A stretch of DNA of 61,983 nt, the filler included, from Collodictyon triciliatum (Eukaryota): the NCBI GenBank assembly GCA_043381765.1. It is 9 parts of 9 records of this genome, joined end to end, with 100 filler letters (N's around TTAATTAATTAA, not from the genome) between each part and the next. Parts side by side here need not be neighbours in the genome. Positions count along the whole stretch, not along the records: positions 37,716 to 45,151 come from JBHJMP010003898.1; positions 45,252 to 52,684 come from JBHJMP010003899.1; positions 52,785 to 60,216 come from JBHJMP010003900.1; 6 more parts are not named here. One strand, written 5' to 3'. Shown in pieces: positions 42,801-53,508 of this stretch (position 1 is its first letter; every line of letters begins with the position of its first letter). The position numbers and the translations under genes were made by a program. The notes below the pieces were generated by a model. It saw only the letters and a list, made by a program, of their open reading frames with translations, did no database searches and was not told the origin of the DNA.

Positions 42801-44342
42801 CCTGTGATTTTTCTCTTCTGGTTGTGTGTTTCTGCGATGATGAGTTGGTTTTTTAGGCTTCAAACTTAATCGTCACCATAGCCACATTTCATACCACACT
42901 TTATGTAAATAATACCAAATTTCAAATAGTGATGAGACGATGCTCAACAAAAAAAAAAAAAAAAAAAAAAATTAAAAAAAGTAAAAAGAAAATTATCAAA
43001 AAAAAAAAAAAAAAAAAAAAAAATGAGAATACCTGAATGCTCTTCTTCTTCATCTTCATATTCCCCTTCTTCATCCTCATATTCTCCCTCGCCTTCATCT
43101 TCATACTCACCTTCGCCTTCCTCATATTCTCCTTCCTCTTCATACTCCCCACTCTCTCCATCATCTCCGACTGACTCCGTGTGCTCCTTTTGGAGCCTTC
43201 TTACAGGCATTTTTGGGTCGTCTGGTCTTCGTCCTAGTTCTTCACTTTCGTAGATGTGCGAATCTGCACCTTCACCGTCTGACTGATAATCATTCTGTCC
43301 AATATCCGAGTCGTTCAACTGCGTCAGCAAAGCAGCCGCTTCACCGCCACCATAGTCATCTCCTTCATTTCCATCGTCATACCCTCCTTCGTAGTCCTCA
43401 TTATCGTCATCACGAACTGATATTGGCGCCGAAGGAGGCTTGGTGGGATTTCTTGGTGCTGCAGAATTGATTCTCAGTGGTGGCATACTTGGCTGTGGCG
43501 CTGGGTTCCGCCTTCTGGGGTTGTCATCTTCATCTGGCTCTAGATCCTTTCATTTTAAAAGGAAAATAAGATATGGTGCTTTTGAAGGGCCAGAATATAA
43601 TCCTCATATCTTAGTGTTGGTTGGTACAGTTGCGCAATATTTTGTTATAAATTTCTTGGTATTATGATACTACGAATTTGTTTACTGTGCAAATATCTCT
43701 TATGTGGATAAAAGGTTAGGGTTGATCATTCATAAAGGATATATTACGAGGCGGTCATCAAGTTTTTCAATATCCTCCGAGGCATCCTGTGATAGAAAGT
43801 ACATATTCAATCATTATTATGTGATATCTTGAATGACTTTTTACAGAAGATGCACTTGTCTTGAGTTATTGTTTAGAGCCAGGATGATGAAAGTACAGAC
43901 TCTTACTTCAAACTGGTCAAATCGAGTGGATTTGCTTGATTTCTTTGTAATTATAGGAAAATATCAATTTTTGGATTTAGTTTCTAATGACAAGCATTCC
44001 TTAAAGGAAAATAAATGCATAAAAACGAAAAAGAACAACAAAAAAATATGATAAGATGTCTATTTATCTGAATGATACAAATGAATTTAATTTTTCGAAT
44101 CAAAGTCATCATACAGTTTTCGAGAGTCCGAGATCATCATCATCATCAAATTCATCCTATTATAAGAGCACACAAAAAAAAAAAAAATTAAAGGAGGAAA
44201 TATAATTCACTCAATTTAGGAAATGTGAATATTTACACCGAGTCTTAAAATACAGGAGATACCGCATAAAATTGTTTGAGTTAGTATATAGTAGATTAAC
44301 CATTTAATTAAAAAAAAAGAAAGTTGAATACCCCTCCTCCAT
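38979..44342 (-). CDS. NPHP1: Nephrocystin-1 (ciliary transition-zone protein) homolog, multi-exon
   Basis: Exons encode an acidic N-terminal region (43550-43030), then VIPISFRPSL, LRPVLSTDGLRFSDLTVD, VSLLEARKVPMPG, VARFVHATLFD...ILGNIHTIPAVW, DLSCGWAILPL, YTIDLHGGTFFDYNVPLDP, LPDNIV...LYRNILSDILLR, LEAFKQMW...RRTEK and PGLPP. They are colinear with NPHP1 motifs as I recall them (PAGFRPSTL, SNIHTVRATW, ELSCGWVFL, LNGGTPYEKGIEVDP). Putative ATG at 44342 and TAG at 38981-38979. Confidence 0.83.
39788..39920. repeat. (ATT)n/(ATG)n intronic microsatellite
   Basis: Seen directly. Confidence 0.93.
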
Positions 44343-44984
44343 ATTGCGACCCTGCAGAATTTCTACGGATTGTACTCTGATGTTCTCTTTCAAAATCTGT
44401 TATGACGATGATGATAAACAGCATTACAAATCAATCTGATAGATGACTTTGACGTATGCAGTAGAGGGCAAGGTGGTGTTTTGGCCGAATAGATAAATGG
44501 GATAGAAAAAAAGGCGCAAGAGAAACGATATAGTAAGAAACTTTTGAATGAAAAAGAAAAGCGATTCTTGCTGTCATTTTTCAAAGGCAGAGATATTTCA
44601 TAATCAATGATGAAACCTGGTGCAGAACCCTGTCTAACCAGGCTATTTTCATCAAAGTAGGATTTGATGAGAGAGAGAATATATCACGAATAAATATACT
44701 GATTCGATTATTGGTGAATTGTTGGGACTTGAGAGCATTTATCGATGTTAAAAAAAAAACGCATGGCACAATTGGAAACCATAGGGATTGAAAATAACAA
44801 AGCAGTGGAACTTCATCTATGACAAGAGAGGTTAGGGTATTCTTAGCCATGAAACACACGGAGATCGCGAGCTGGGCGGAACTCTTGCTTGCAAAGGAGA
44901 GGCCTTCACAACGGAACTCTTTTGCGTTTCAGAAAATTACCACGAATACGGATGAGTCGAGTCAAATAGAAGGGTATTAATAAA

Positions 44985-45151
44985 AAGAAAAAGAAAAAGA
45001 AAAAGAAAGAGAAAAAGAAAGGGAAAGAAAAAGAAAAAGAAAAAGAAAAAGAAAGGGAAAGAGAAAGAGAAAGAGAAAGAGAAAGAGAAAGAGAAAGAGA
45101 AAGAGAAAGAGAAAGAGAAAGAGAAAGAGAAAGAGAAAGAGAAAGAGAAAG
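44985..45151. repeat. (GAAAGA)n/(GAAAAA)n repeat at contig end
   Basis: Seen directly. Confidence 0.92.
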
Positions 45152-45414
45152 NNNNNNNNNNNNNNNNNNNNNNNNNNNNNNNNNNNNNNNNNNNNTTAAT
45201 TAATTAANNNNNNNNNNNNNNNNNNNNNNNNNNNNNNNNNNNNNNNNNNNNAAAAAAAAAAAAAAAACAAAAAAAAAAAAAAAAAACAAAAAAAAACAAA
45301 AAAAACAAAAAAAAACAAAAAAACAAAAAAAAAAACACAACCTGTCCTATCTCCAGTTTGAGTATCAAATTGTGATGATATTATGCAACATGGCTGAAAG
45401 TTGTTTTATATTAG

Positions 45415-45965
45415 GACTGCGCGGTGCCATCGCTTTTGCACTTGCTCTTTACCTTGAGACAGCTCACGGGGTGGTCATAATCACGACCACCTTGATTATA
45501 GTTTTATTCACTACCATCGTTTTTGGCGTTGGGACCACCCCGTTGGTCAAATTTCTCAAACTTGAGGTAATCCTGAAGTTTGGGTGCCGATATTTACAAT
45601 ATCTTCATTTCATTCTGATAATTGATTTTTACTAAAAAAATAAATTACAAAAATAAAAAAATAATCATAGAAAACTCCAGCTCAGGCTCTCTACCATGAA
45701 AAAAGATCAAAGAGTGTCTGGAATAGATTCGACAACAAGTTTCCTTTATTACTATCCCATAATCGTGGCTTTCTAAAATTTACAACTTGAACCACGCTGA
45801 GATTACTTTCATGTTTTCTTTGGAATAGTCTTTTCATAAAGAAAAATGAAAATTAGATACTTCAAACCGTTTTTCCTCTCTGAAGAAGCCCTGAGATACA
45901 AACAGAAGCTCCGAGACGAAAACAGTTTGGATTTCATGCCCAGTCCTGATATTCTCGGCAGGTAA
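45415..45965 (+). CDS. Na+/H+ exchanger (CPA1/SLC9A, intracellular NHE/NHX type), 3' exons only
   Basis: GLRGAIAFALAL...IITTTLIIVLFTTIVFGVGTTPLVKFL (45415-45566), then W..FDNK/YFKPFF, the typical NHE6-9/NHX post-TM motif. Confidence 0.88.
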
Positions 45966-46152
45966 TTGGTCATCAGTGTGTGTATGGCTTTGGGGCGTTG
46001 AGCACAATATCAATTAAATGGCATGTAATCTGAGCAGTTTTTTTTTTAAAGGATTTTTGATTTTGTACCTAAATATGAGTATATCTCAGCACGAGCCCAC
46101 CTCAGGAGCTCCAGGCTTGATATGTTCCTATTGCTTTCCCGCGCTCTTTGCT

Positions 46153-46290
46153 ATCACCATCACTATGACCATCACTATGACCATCACTATGACCATCACT
46201 ATGACCATCACTATGACCATCACTATGACCATCACTATGACCATCACTATGACCATCACTATGTGTATCACCATGTGTATCACCATGACA
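46153..46290. repeat. (ACCATCACTATG)n 12-bp tandem repeat
   Basis: About 10 units seen directly. Confidence 0.92.
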
Positions 46291-46849
46291 AAGATTATCA
46301 AGATCGCCTCGGCAAGTTTTGACGTAATGTCTTACAGAAGCGCGTTACATAAATTATGCTTCCTTTAATTTCTTTGAATGTCGATGTATCGATGAAATAT
46401 CAGAAGGCCAAGGTAAATAGCCTTACAAACAAACTGACAGCGGGAGTTACCAGTTCTGAAGTCATCAAAAATACATAATGTTCCATTATCCTTTGTTGGC
46501 GCCCCTAAATAATAAGAGAGAGGGGCACACTTGAAAAATATTCTGGCGACATGCATTAAATATGGATCAATGGCGCAGGGTCGGATATATATCAAAATCT
46601 TAAATTGATAAAAGGCATCGTATCAACTCACATCCACAAAGGTAGTTAGTGTTCTTTCTTCAGCAATATTCTAAGGGAATATCCCGAAGAAGCCTTCGCT
46701 TGTGAGAAAAAAAAAGCTGTGGAAAAGGCCGTAGAAAAGGCAGTGGAAACCCCCGGATTGTGTGGTTGGAGTTTTTGTGTTTTGGAAGGAAAGAAAGAAA
46801 AAGAGAAAAAAAAGAAAATGATAGGAAAAGGAGAGAAAGCTTTCACACA

Positions 46850-48352
46850 CAGACTATTCTACCCGAAGTGGTTGAGCTCCAACACGATTTCTGGTTGTAT
46901 TCGAGACTGACAGAAGAGCGGATAAAGTTGTCGGGTCGATGAAAGTACGCACATGGCTGTTACTTCTCAAACCGATTCCGACGAGTCCTTTCAACCGTCT
47001 ATCTCAGACAAGGTTTACATCCTATCTCATTCCACAGGATGAGTCTTTTGAGGGATAACAGGTCACTTCCTTGCATTTCTTGCTGGGCGACTCAGGCAAA
47101 GAGCGATACATCGTTGTTTGTCTGGAATTATCGGAAGTGTCGCTTGACCGCCCCCTGGTTTCGGAACCATGCGTAGGCGGCAGTGGACTTTGCTTAATCG
47201 GAGTATGGATACGCGTTTGTGGTTTTAGAAACATACGCTGCTGCTTGCTCGGACTGTCTTTAGTGTGTGAAGTTCCAAGCTTGGATTCTACTTGTGCTGT
47301 TTGCTCATGCTCCTTGGTTCTTGGTGCGTCGGGCTGGGGCAAGGATAAACGGACTATCTTTGGTGGGCGCTGGTTCTTGTGTTGCCTTCGCTTTGGAGTA
47401 TCCTTTCGGATAAATAACGAAGACTGCCTTGATGCCTCTTATTTTAACCATATTCACGTCAGTCTGGATGGGTAGTCTAAGAGGGGATTTCTTTCATGGT
47501 TTGGAGATGGGCTGCTCTTGGGTCTTGCGATGTGCGGGCTTGTCCGATGGTGGCAGTGGAGGGCTCGAGTGCGATGATTCTGAAGAGGAACCGAGATTTC
47601 CTTCCATGCCATCGTCGCTGTCGCTGTATGCGCGTATCTGCTGTGAGTCATGTGGGCTCAGTTGTTGCCTGGCCTTGGCTTCCTTGACCCCGTTGCTGCT
47701 TGTCTGCTTGGCAGGTGTATTATTTTGTGGGGCTTTTACTTGTCGTTCTTTGTTTGCCGCTGGTGGACGCTCTTTGAGGATGCGCTTTGGACACTTTTTG
47801 CCCATGACCGTAAACTTTGTAGGGAGCTGGTTCTTGTGACAAAGAAGCCTCACTACGGCTGTGTCTGTGAAGAAGCATTTGTCCTTTTTGATCTCCACGT
47901 GGGTCGGTCTGAACGGCTTCAGCTCCTCACGAAGGAGTTGCGGCCACACGTCCAGTGGTAGTTGGTAGAGCATCACCGAGGTCTCTGTTGGTTTACTTTT
48001 GCTGAAGCTGGTGGTAATATCACTCAAACTTACTTGCTTCAGTTCCAGAAGCTTTCGGGCGTTTTCTGAAGTGCAGAAGGCAATCAGATAAAGGCCTTCT
48101 GTCCGGTAAGCGCAATTGGATGGACACTTCCCAAGGTTTGTTCGCTTTCAAGAAGGAGGCGAGCGCATCTGTGAGCCTGCGGGCCTTATTCTTGTTGTAA
48201 ACGACTTGCTTGACACCGTGCAAAAATACTATCCGCTCAGACAGACTTGCAGGCGGTTTCCTTTCACGGGTATTCCTGGACTTACGTGTAACTCGGGGTT
48301 TTTCCGCGCCAGCGTTGGAACCAGAAGAAATGGCTGCAACTTGCGGAACCAT
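46850..48352 (-). pseudogene. Decayed intronless ORF resembling LINE ORF1 (RRM-like segment plus basic/disordered tail)
   Basis: Higher-GC intronless stretch. Frames from ATG 48352 continue across a frameshift near 48030 into VMLYQLPLDVWPQLLREELKPFRPTHVEIKKDKCFFTDTAVVRL, then further stops and frameshifts. Confidence 0.5.
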
Positions 48353-48624
48353 CGACGGGTCGCAACTTGTTGGCCCCCTGTTGGATGAATAAAAAAAAAA
48401 AAGAAAAGAAAAAAACAAAAGAAAAAAAGAAAAGAAAAAAGAAAAGAAAAAAGAAAAGAAAAAGAAGAGAAAAAAATGAAAAGAAAAAAGGAGACCGCAA
48501 CTAATTTTACCAGCCCTAAAATAAATGTGGATAGGGTTGGTTTTCTTTATTCCCTGGGTTGCTAAAACATTTGTTCCCAGAATGTGTTGGTGGATGATAA
48601 ATCCAGGCTTTGCGGGTTGCTGAA

Positions 48625-50435
48625 TTATTGGCTGCTCTTAACAGCTTTGTAGTAAGCGTAGTAGATCTCCACCTCATCAAGAAGAAGCTTATGTGTCGGC
48701 ACCCATCCGAGGAGTCGACGAGCCTTTTCAAAAAAAAAAAAATAAGAAAAAGAAAAAAAATCGATAGAGGAATGAATGCAATCACCAAAACATGAATTTC
48801 TTTATTTGCTTCATAACAATTACAAGAACCACAACTCCACCTTAGTTGATTCCACTAGGATGGTCTTCAAGGTGAAGTCAACAGCTTTGCCTTCATCGTG
48901 GGTAATCTTCAAAAATATCAGCGCCAAGCGCCAGTTAATCACAAATGTAAGCGTGATGACAAGGTGTAAATGAAAAAAAGCACACAACGTCGAGTTTTTG
49001 ATGTACCTCCCCAGTGTAACCTGCAGTCTCAGCAAACCTCTTGGCAATTTGGCCCAAAGAAAAGCGTGAATTGTCTGTCAAATTGAATATTTGACGGTTC
49101 ACAACAGAGCGAGGTGCTTCGACGATACGAATGTAAGCATCTGCGACATCATCCACATGAACTTGAGACCTGTAAAAAAAAAAATAATTTTTTTATGCGA
49201 CAGAAAAGAAAGAAAAGAAGAGGGATACCGACGGTAGATACCATTCCATAGAAAGATTTTTATTATTTATTTATAAACGATGGAAACTACTTTGAATCGA
49301 GTAAAGGAAAAGATATGAACGACAGAAACCAATTACCAGATGATATCAGGTCGCCCAGAGACAACCACTTTACCAGCGGCAGCCTTAAATATTGCAAAGT
49401 AGTCAACAAAAAAAGACATATGCTTATTTTTCCAGGTATTATGATGATAAATCAACTGCTTTATCTAATATAAAAAAGCTTTGGGACCTGATCAAAGTAT
49501 TCATAAAAATGTTGCGACTTCTTTCCAAACACAAAACCAGGGCGAACCAAGACTGCGTCGTAGTCTTCGTCAAATAAGATTTTCCCCCCTATTTCAACAC
49601 GACCCCTAATCAGCTCATTCTTCGTTTCTGTCGCTCCTGTCTCGTCGACCTTTCAAATCGCCTCATGTTAGTAGGTACCATTCAGCTTCGATGCCATATT
49701 TTCTGAAAATAGTTTCCCTTTTTTTTTTTTTTTTAACAATCTACATGATATTTTGCACATGTTTAATAAATGAGTACCACGACATGAGGGTTATCAGCGT
49801 AGTCGCATATTCCAGAGGTAAAAACCAATAGGAGACGGGGTGAATCTGGGTTACGCTTCTTGAACCCTGCAATAGCGGCAGCCACAAACTCTTGGAAACC
49901 ATTATACTCATTTGCTGAGTGTATGATAACCTAAGGCAAATCCATGTATCATGGATTAGACGAGAACCGATAACATAAACATAAAGTCCTGTTGAATTCG
50001 AACTGGTTCAGCTTTCAACTTTCTATTCAAGACTAAAACATCAAAGAATTTACTATGTATCGCTATGAACAGGAATATGACAACCACAGCTCCCTCAAAT
50101 ACATACCTCGCACTGGGCTGCAATATGCGCGTAGGAATCAGGCTTCAAAATATCACCGATCACCGGAGTCACCTCATTATGCGCCAGCCGGTGGCCTACA
50201 TTTGAGGTAAATTTTTCTGCCTTCCCTTTATAATTCATAATATTTTGACCGATGCCACATGCATTGATATTGTTTTCGCAATGTGAAGCATCACGAAGAA
50301 TCCCAAAAGATGAAATAGATAAGGACCCTTTTCCTGGCTGCGCACCAATCCATAAACCTCATGCCCTCTGCGTCGGAGAGCCAAGGAAACTTCTTCGCCG
50401 ATGTATCCCGAGGCTCCAGTTACGAAGATCTTCAT
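48625..50435 (-). CDS. NAD-dependent epimerase/dehydratase (extended SDR), multi-exon
   Basis: MKIFVTGASGYIGEEVSLALRRRGHEVYGLVRS; LLVFTSGICDY; VLVRPGFVFG; VHVDDVADAY...QIFNL; C-terminal ARRLLGWVPTHK...KSSQ*. Confidence 0.9.
49272..49329 (+). mobile_element. Possible old ultra-short insertion of the same retroelement 3' end, in an intron
   Basis: TTTGAATCGAGTAAAGGAAAA resembles the element end TTTGAATCGAATAAAGGAAAA. It is flanked by imperfect repeats TATAAACGATGGAAAC and TATGAACGACAGAAAC (13/16 identical). Confidence 0.5.
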
Positions 50436-51019
50436 TCCACTCGGTATTGGTGTAACTGGAGAGTTTCTACAATGTCATATTTCTTTAGGATATGATAGCT
50501 GAGTTGTTATTGAACCGCGTCTATATTAAAAGTAAAGGCACGAAACGAAGATTTTAGTTATAATCAATATCATTCCTCGTATCACTCCAACTTGATGCCC
50601 TCGGCCTTATCCTCGTTTTATTGGTTGAGTTTGATTTTTTAAATGCATCATTGCACATCTAGTGCGACGCGAGGGGAGGACGAATCATATAAAGACGATG
50701 TAGCCATTCCGTATATAAGGCTTAGAAAAAATCAAATCACAACTGTATATGTAGTCGTCCAAAAGAGTGATTAAACAAGTACCGTATTATTGTGGTTGTG
50801 ACAGTGGCTGTGGCTGTGGTCACGCGGTTGTGGTCTACGTGGTCTATGTATAGTACATTGTGGTCTTGTGAACTTCGTACCATACATCTTTTATGTAAAA
50901 GTTCGCTTTGGTTGGTATGAAGTTTGCGCCAAACTCAACTGATGAAACATTTGTTAAAACACTCAACCATGGCACAATTCTTTCGCGTTCGAAAGACGAA
51001 GACATATACCTAAGCGGAA

Positions 51020-52020
51020 GTGCGCAAGGTAGAGAGCAAACGCGAGTAGGAGAAGACACTACTATGAAGATGCAACCACCGGAAAGAAATCAGTGATAGC
51101 GAGTTGGTCAGGTGGGCGACCCAATTGGTTGATTGGTTGCGTGGGTAGCAGGGGTTGGATATGCTGTGGGAGATATCACACGACACATTCCCACATCTCT
51201 CTTCGCTTGCGGTCAGAGTAGCGAAGAATGCGGGCGTGTTTCAGCAGGCTGTTCAGGGAACTGTATTGCACGAGGCTTTCCAGCCTGGCTACATTGATTT
51301 CTCGTTCGGGTGAATCATTGGAGCGAGAGAATGCACGCACACTCCATAAGGAACACAGCATATGTCCCCTTGTGACTGTCCAGAGTATTCTAGAGTCGTG
51401 GGTCATTTGATATTGTGGGCCAAACAGGATGTCGGACGCGCTGAGTCGGTTGGGAGCATAGTCAAGCTCAGAGAGCATCTTGTGGGTAGATTCTGTCACT
51501 TTTTGAGCAAGAGAGCACTTAACAAATGTGTGTTCGATAGTTATCTACACTATGGCACATGGTGCATTCTGGAGAGGTCTTCGCTGCATGAACTACGCGC
51601 GCACCTATTCACAGCTCTCTGTTGGAGATATTAAGCAGTAGGGCGCGGTGTTTCGGGATTAACTGGTATATGCGGGCTTATTTCCATCTTTTGACTATCG
51701 GTGGGTCTATAATGCCTATGGTTTCGGCCCAACGACTCATCTTCTCCGGGTTGTAAGGATTCAGACTGATGATTTTATATCGAAACAGCTTGGAATATGC
51801 CATGGCCATCGAGAATTGCGGAGAATCAGGCGTAATGGACCGCTTTTGGTTCTTCAGGCGAAAGAAAAATGGCGACGGCGCTCCGTATGAGATGGGACGT
51901 CGTGAGCGCCATCCATATTGACATGAATATTGAACAGAACTCGAAGTTATGCCAGGGATTAGTGCTGGAATACATAGGTGAAGATGAATGAACAAATGAT
52001 TGCTCCATCGCACACCCAAC
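51020..52020 (-). mobile_element. Decayed L1/Tx1-like ORF2 3' fragment (zf-RVT region)
   Basis: Across stops and frameshifts it reads RWAETIG...RWKxARIYQLIPKHRALLLNISNREL...SPECTMCHSV/TIEHTFVKC...ILFG...LWSVR (CxxC...HxxxxC). 51031-51364 is highly similar to 19657-19990. Confidence 0.8.
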
Positions 52021-52533
52021 ACACTCAGTCCTACTCAATTTAGTTATAACAATTTCACCATCATATTTTTCTCCAATCAGGCAAATATGTTTTTCCCTCT
52101 TCTTTTTTCTCTCTTGATGTCGTTGCTCTTCAAGATTACTCTGTATTTACATCATTCTAGCTACCGTGTCAGTCACGGACCATGCAAGTGGCCTTAAGAT
52201 GAACATATGCTTCGCCTTCATTCGTCTTTTTGTTCTGTGGGACTGCACGGAAGAGTTTAGCCTTTGGAAGCCAAAAAATAAAGTTTTTTTTCTACCTTTT
52301 TGTGATTCTCTGACCTCGTATTTTTCCCACCGCCAACTCTGGATACCTTTGGTTTTGTCCTCATTTTTTCTGTGTTATTTCCCCCTCTTCGTCTTTACTC
52401 CCCTCTACCAACCTACTTCTATTATACGGGTGCAAGAAAGAATCAGGCCTGGAGGTATTGTCCGTGGGAAGAAGCCCATGCTTGCCCAGACCGCACCATC
52501 AAATCGAAAGCAGCAGCCTTTACTGCCTTCTTC

Positions 52534-52684
52534 AACTTGAACTTGAACTTGAACTTGAACTTGAACTTGAACTTGAACTTGAACTTGAACTTGAACTTGA
52601 ACTTGAACTTGAACTTGAACTTGAACTTGAACTTGAACTTGAACTTGAACTTGAACTTGAACTTGAACTTGAACTTGAACTTGA
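52534..52684. repeat. (AACTTG)n hexanucleotide repeat at contig end
   Basis: Seen directly. Confidence 0.95.
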
Positions 52685-53375
52685 NNNNNNNNNNNNNNNN
52701 NNNNNNNNNNNNNNNNNNNNNNNNNNNNTTAATTAATTAANNNNNNNNNNNNNNNNNNNNNNNNNNNNNNNNNNNNNNNNNNNNAGAAAAAGAAAAAGAA
52801 AAAAAATAAAAAGAAAAAGGAAAATGAAACAAAATTAAAAAATCGATATAAAGGAAAAAATTGAAAAGGAAAAAATTGAAAAGGAAAAGGAAAAGGAAAA
52901 GGAAAAGGAAAAGGAAAAGGAAAAGGAAAAGGAAAAGGAAAAGGAAAAGGAAAAGGAGGAGAAAGGAAAAAGGAAAAGAATGGCGTTGCTCTGATCGTGA
53001 TCAACTTCCTTTGATAAACAGCGAGTCGGGTCACAAACCGTTTTCTGAGGATGAGCGATACGAAGACACACTCATTTCACGATCTGCTTGGGATGCCTGG
53101 GCATCGTGGGCAAAAGTAAGTGATCTGCTCTCCTCCTGGCTTCTGTCCGCAAATCGCTATTTGTTTGGAACCCCCTCTCAAAGCCCACGCACAACAAAAT
53201 CCGCTGCAACCTTTTTTTCGCTCGATACAGCAAACTTCCAGTTTTTTTTTTTTTTTTGGATTTGTGATCAGAGTTTGCCTTGTGCCCAATACACACCAAG
53301 GCAAGTATACAAACTTTCATCAACTCTGTCATTATGATTAAGACTATCATTTTCGTATCATGCCATCACGAGGTT

Positions 53376-53407
<32 letters not shown>

Positions 53408-53508
53408 TTCGCGCCTTTTATTTGATTGATTGCCAGTCCCAGCCCCACTCCCACGACGCAAGAAAGCAACAGACGTGCTGAAACCAACCTGCCAGCAAAG
53501 AAACGAAA

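Noticed and set aside
44452-44975. Possible plus-strand gene start divergent from NPHP1
   Set aside because: Plausible short exons but no recognisable homology, and truncated by the contig end.
46153-46290. CRISPR-like or His-rich coding repeat
   Set aside because: Head-to-tail 12-mers with no spacers, in a eukaryotic genome, with no supported reading frame.
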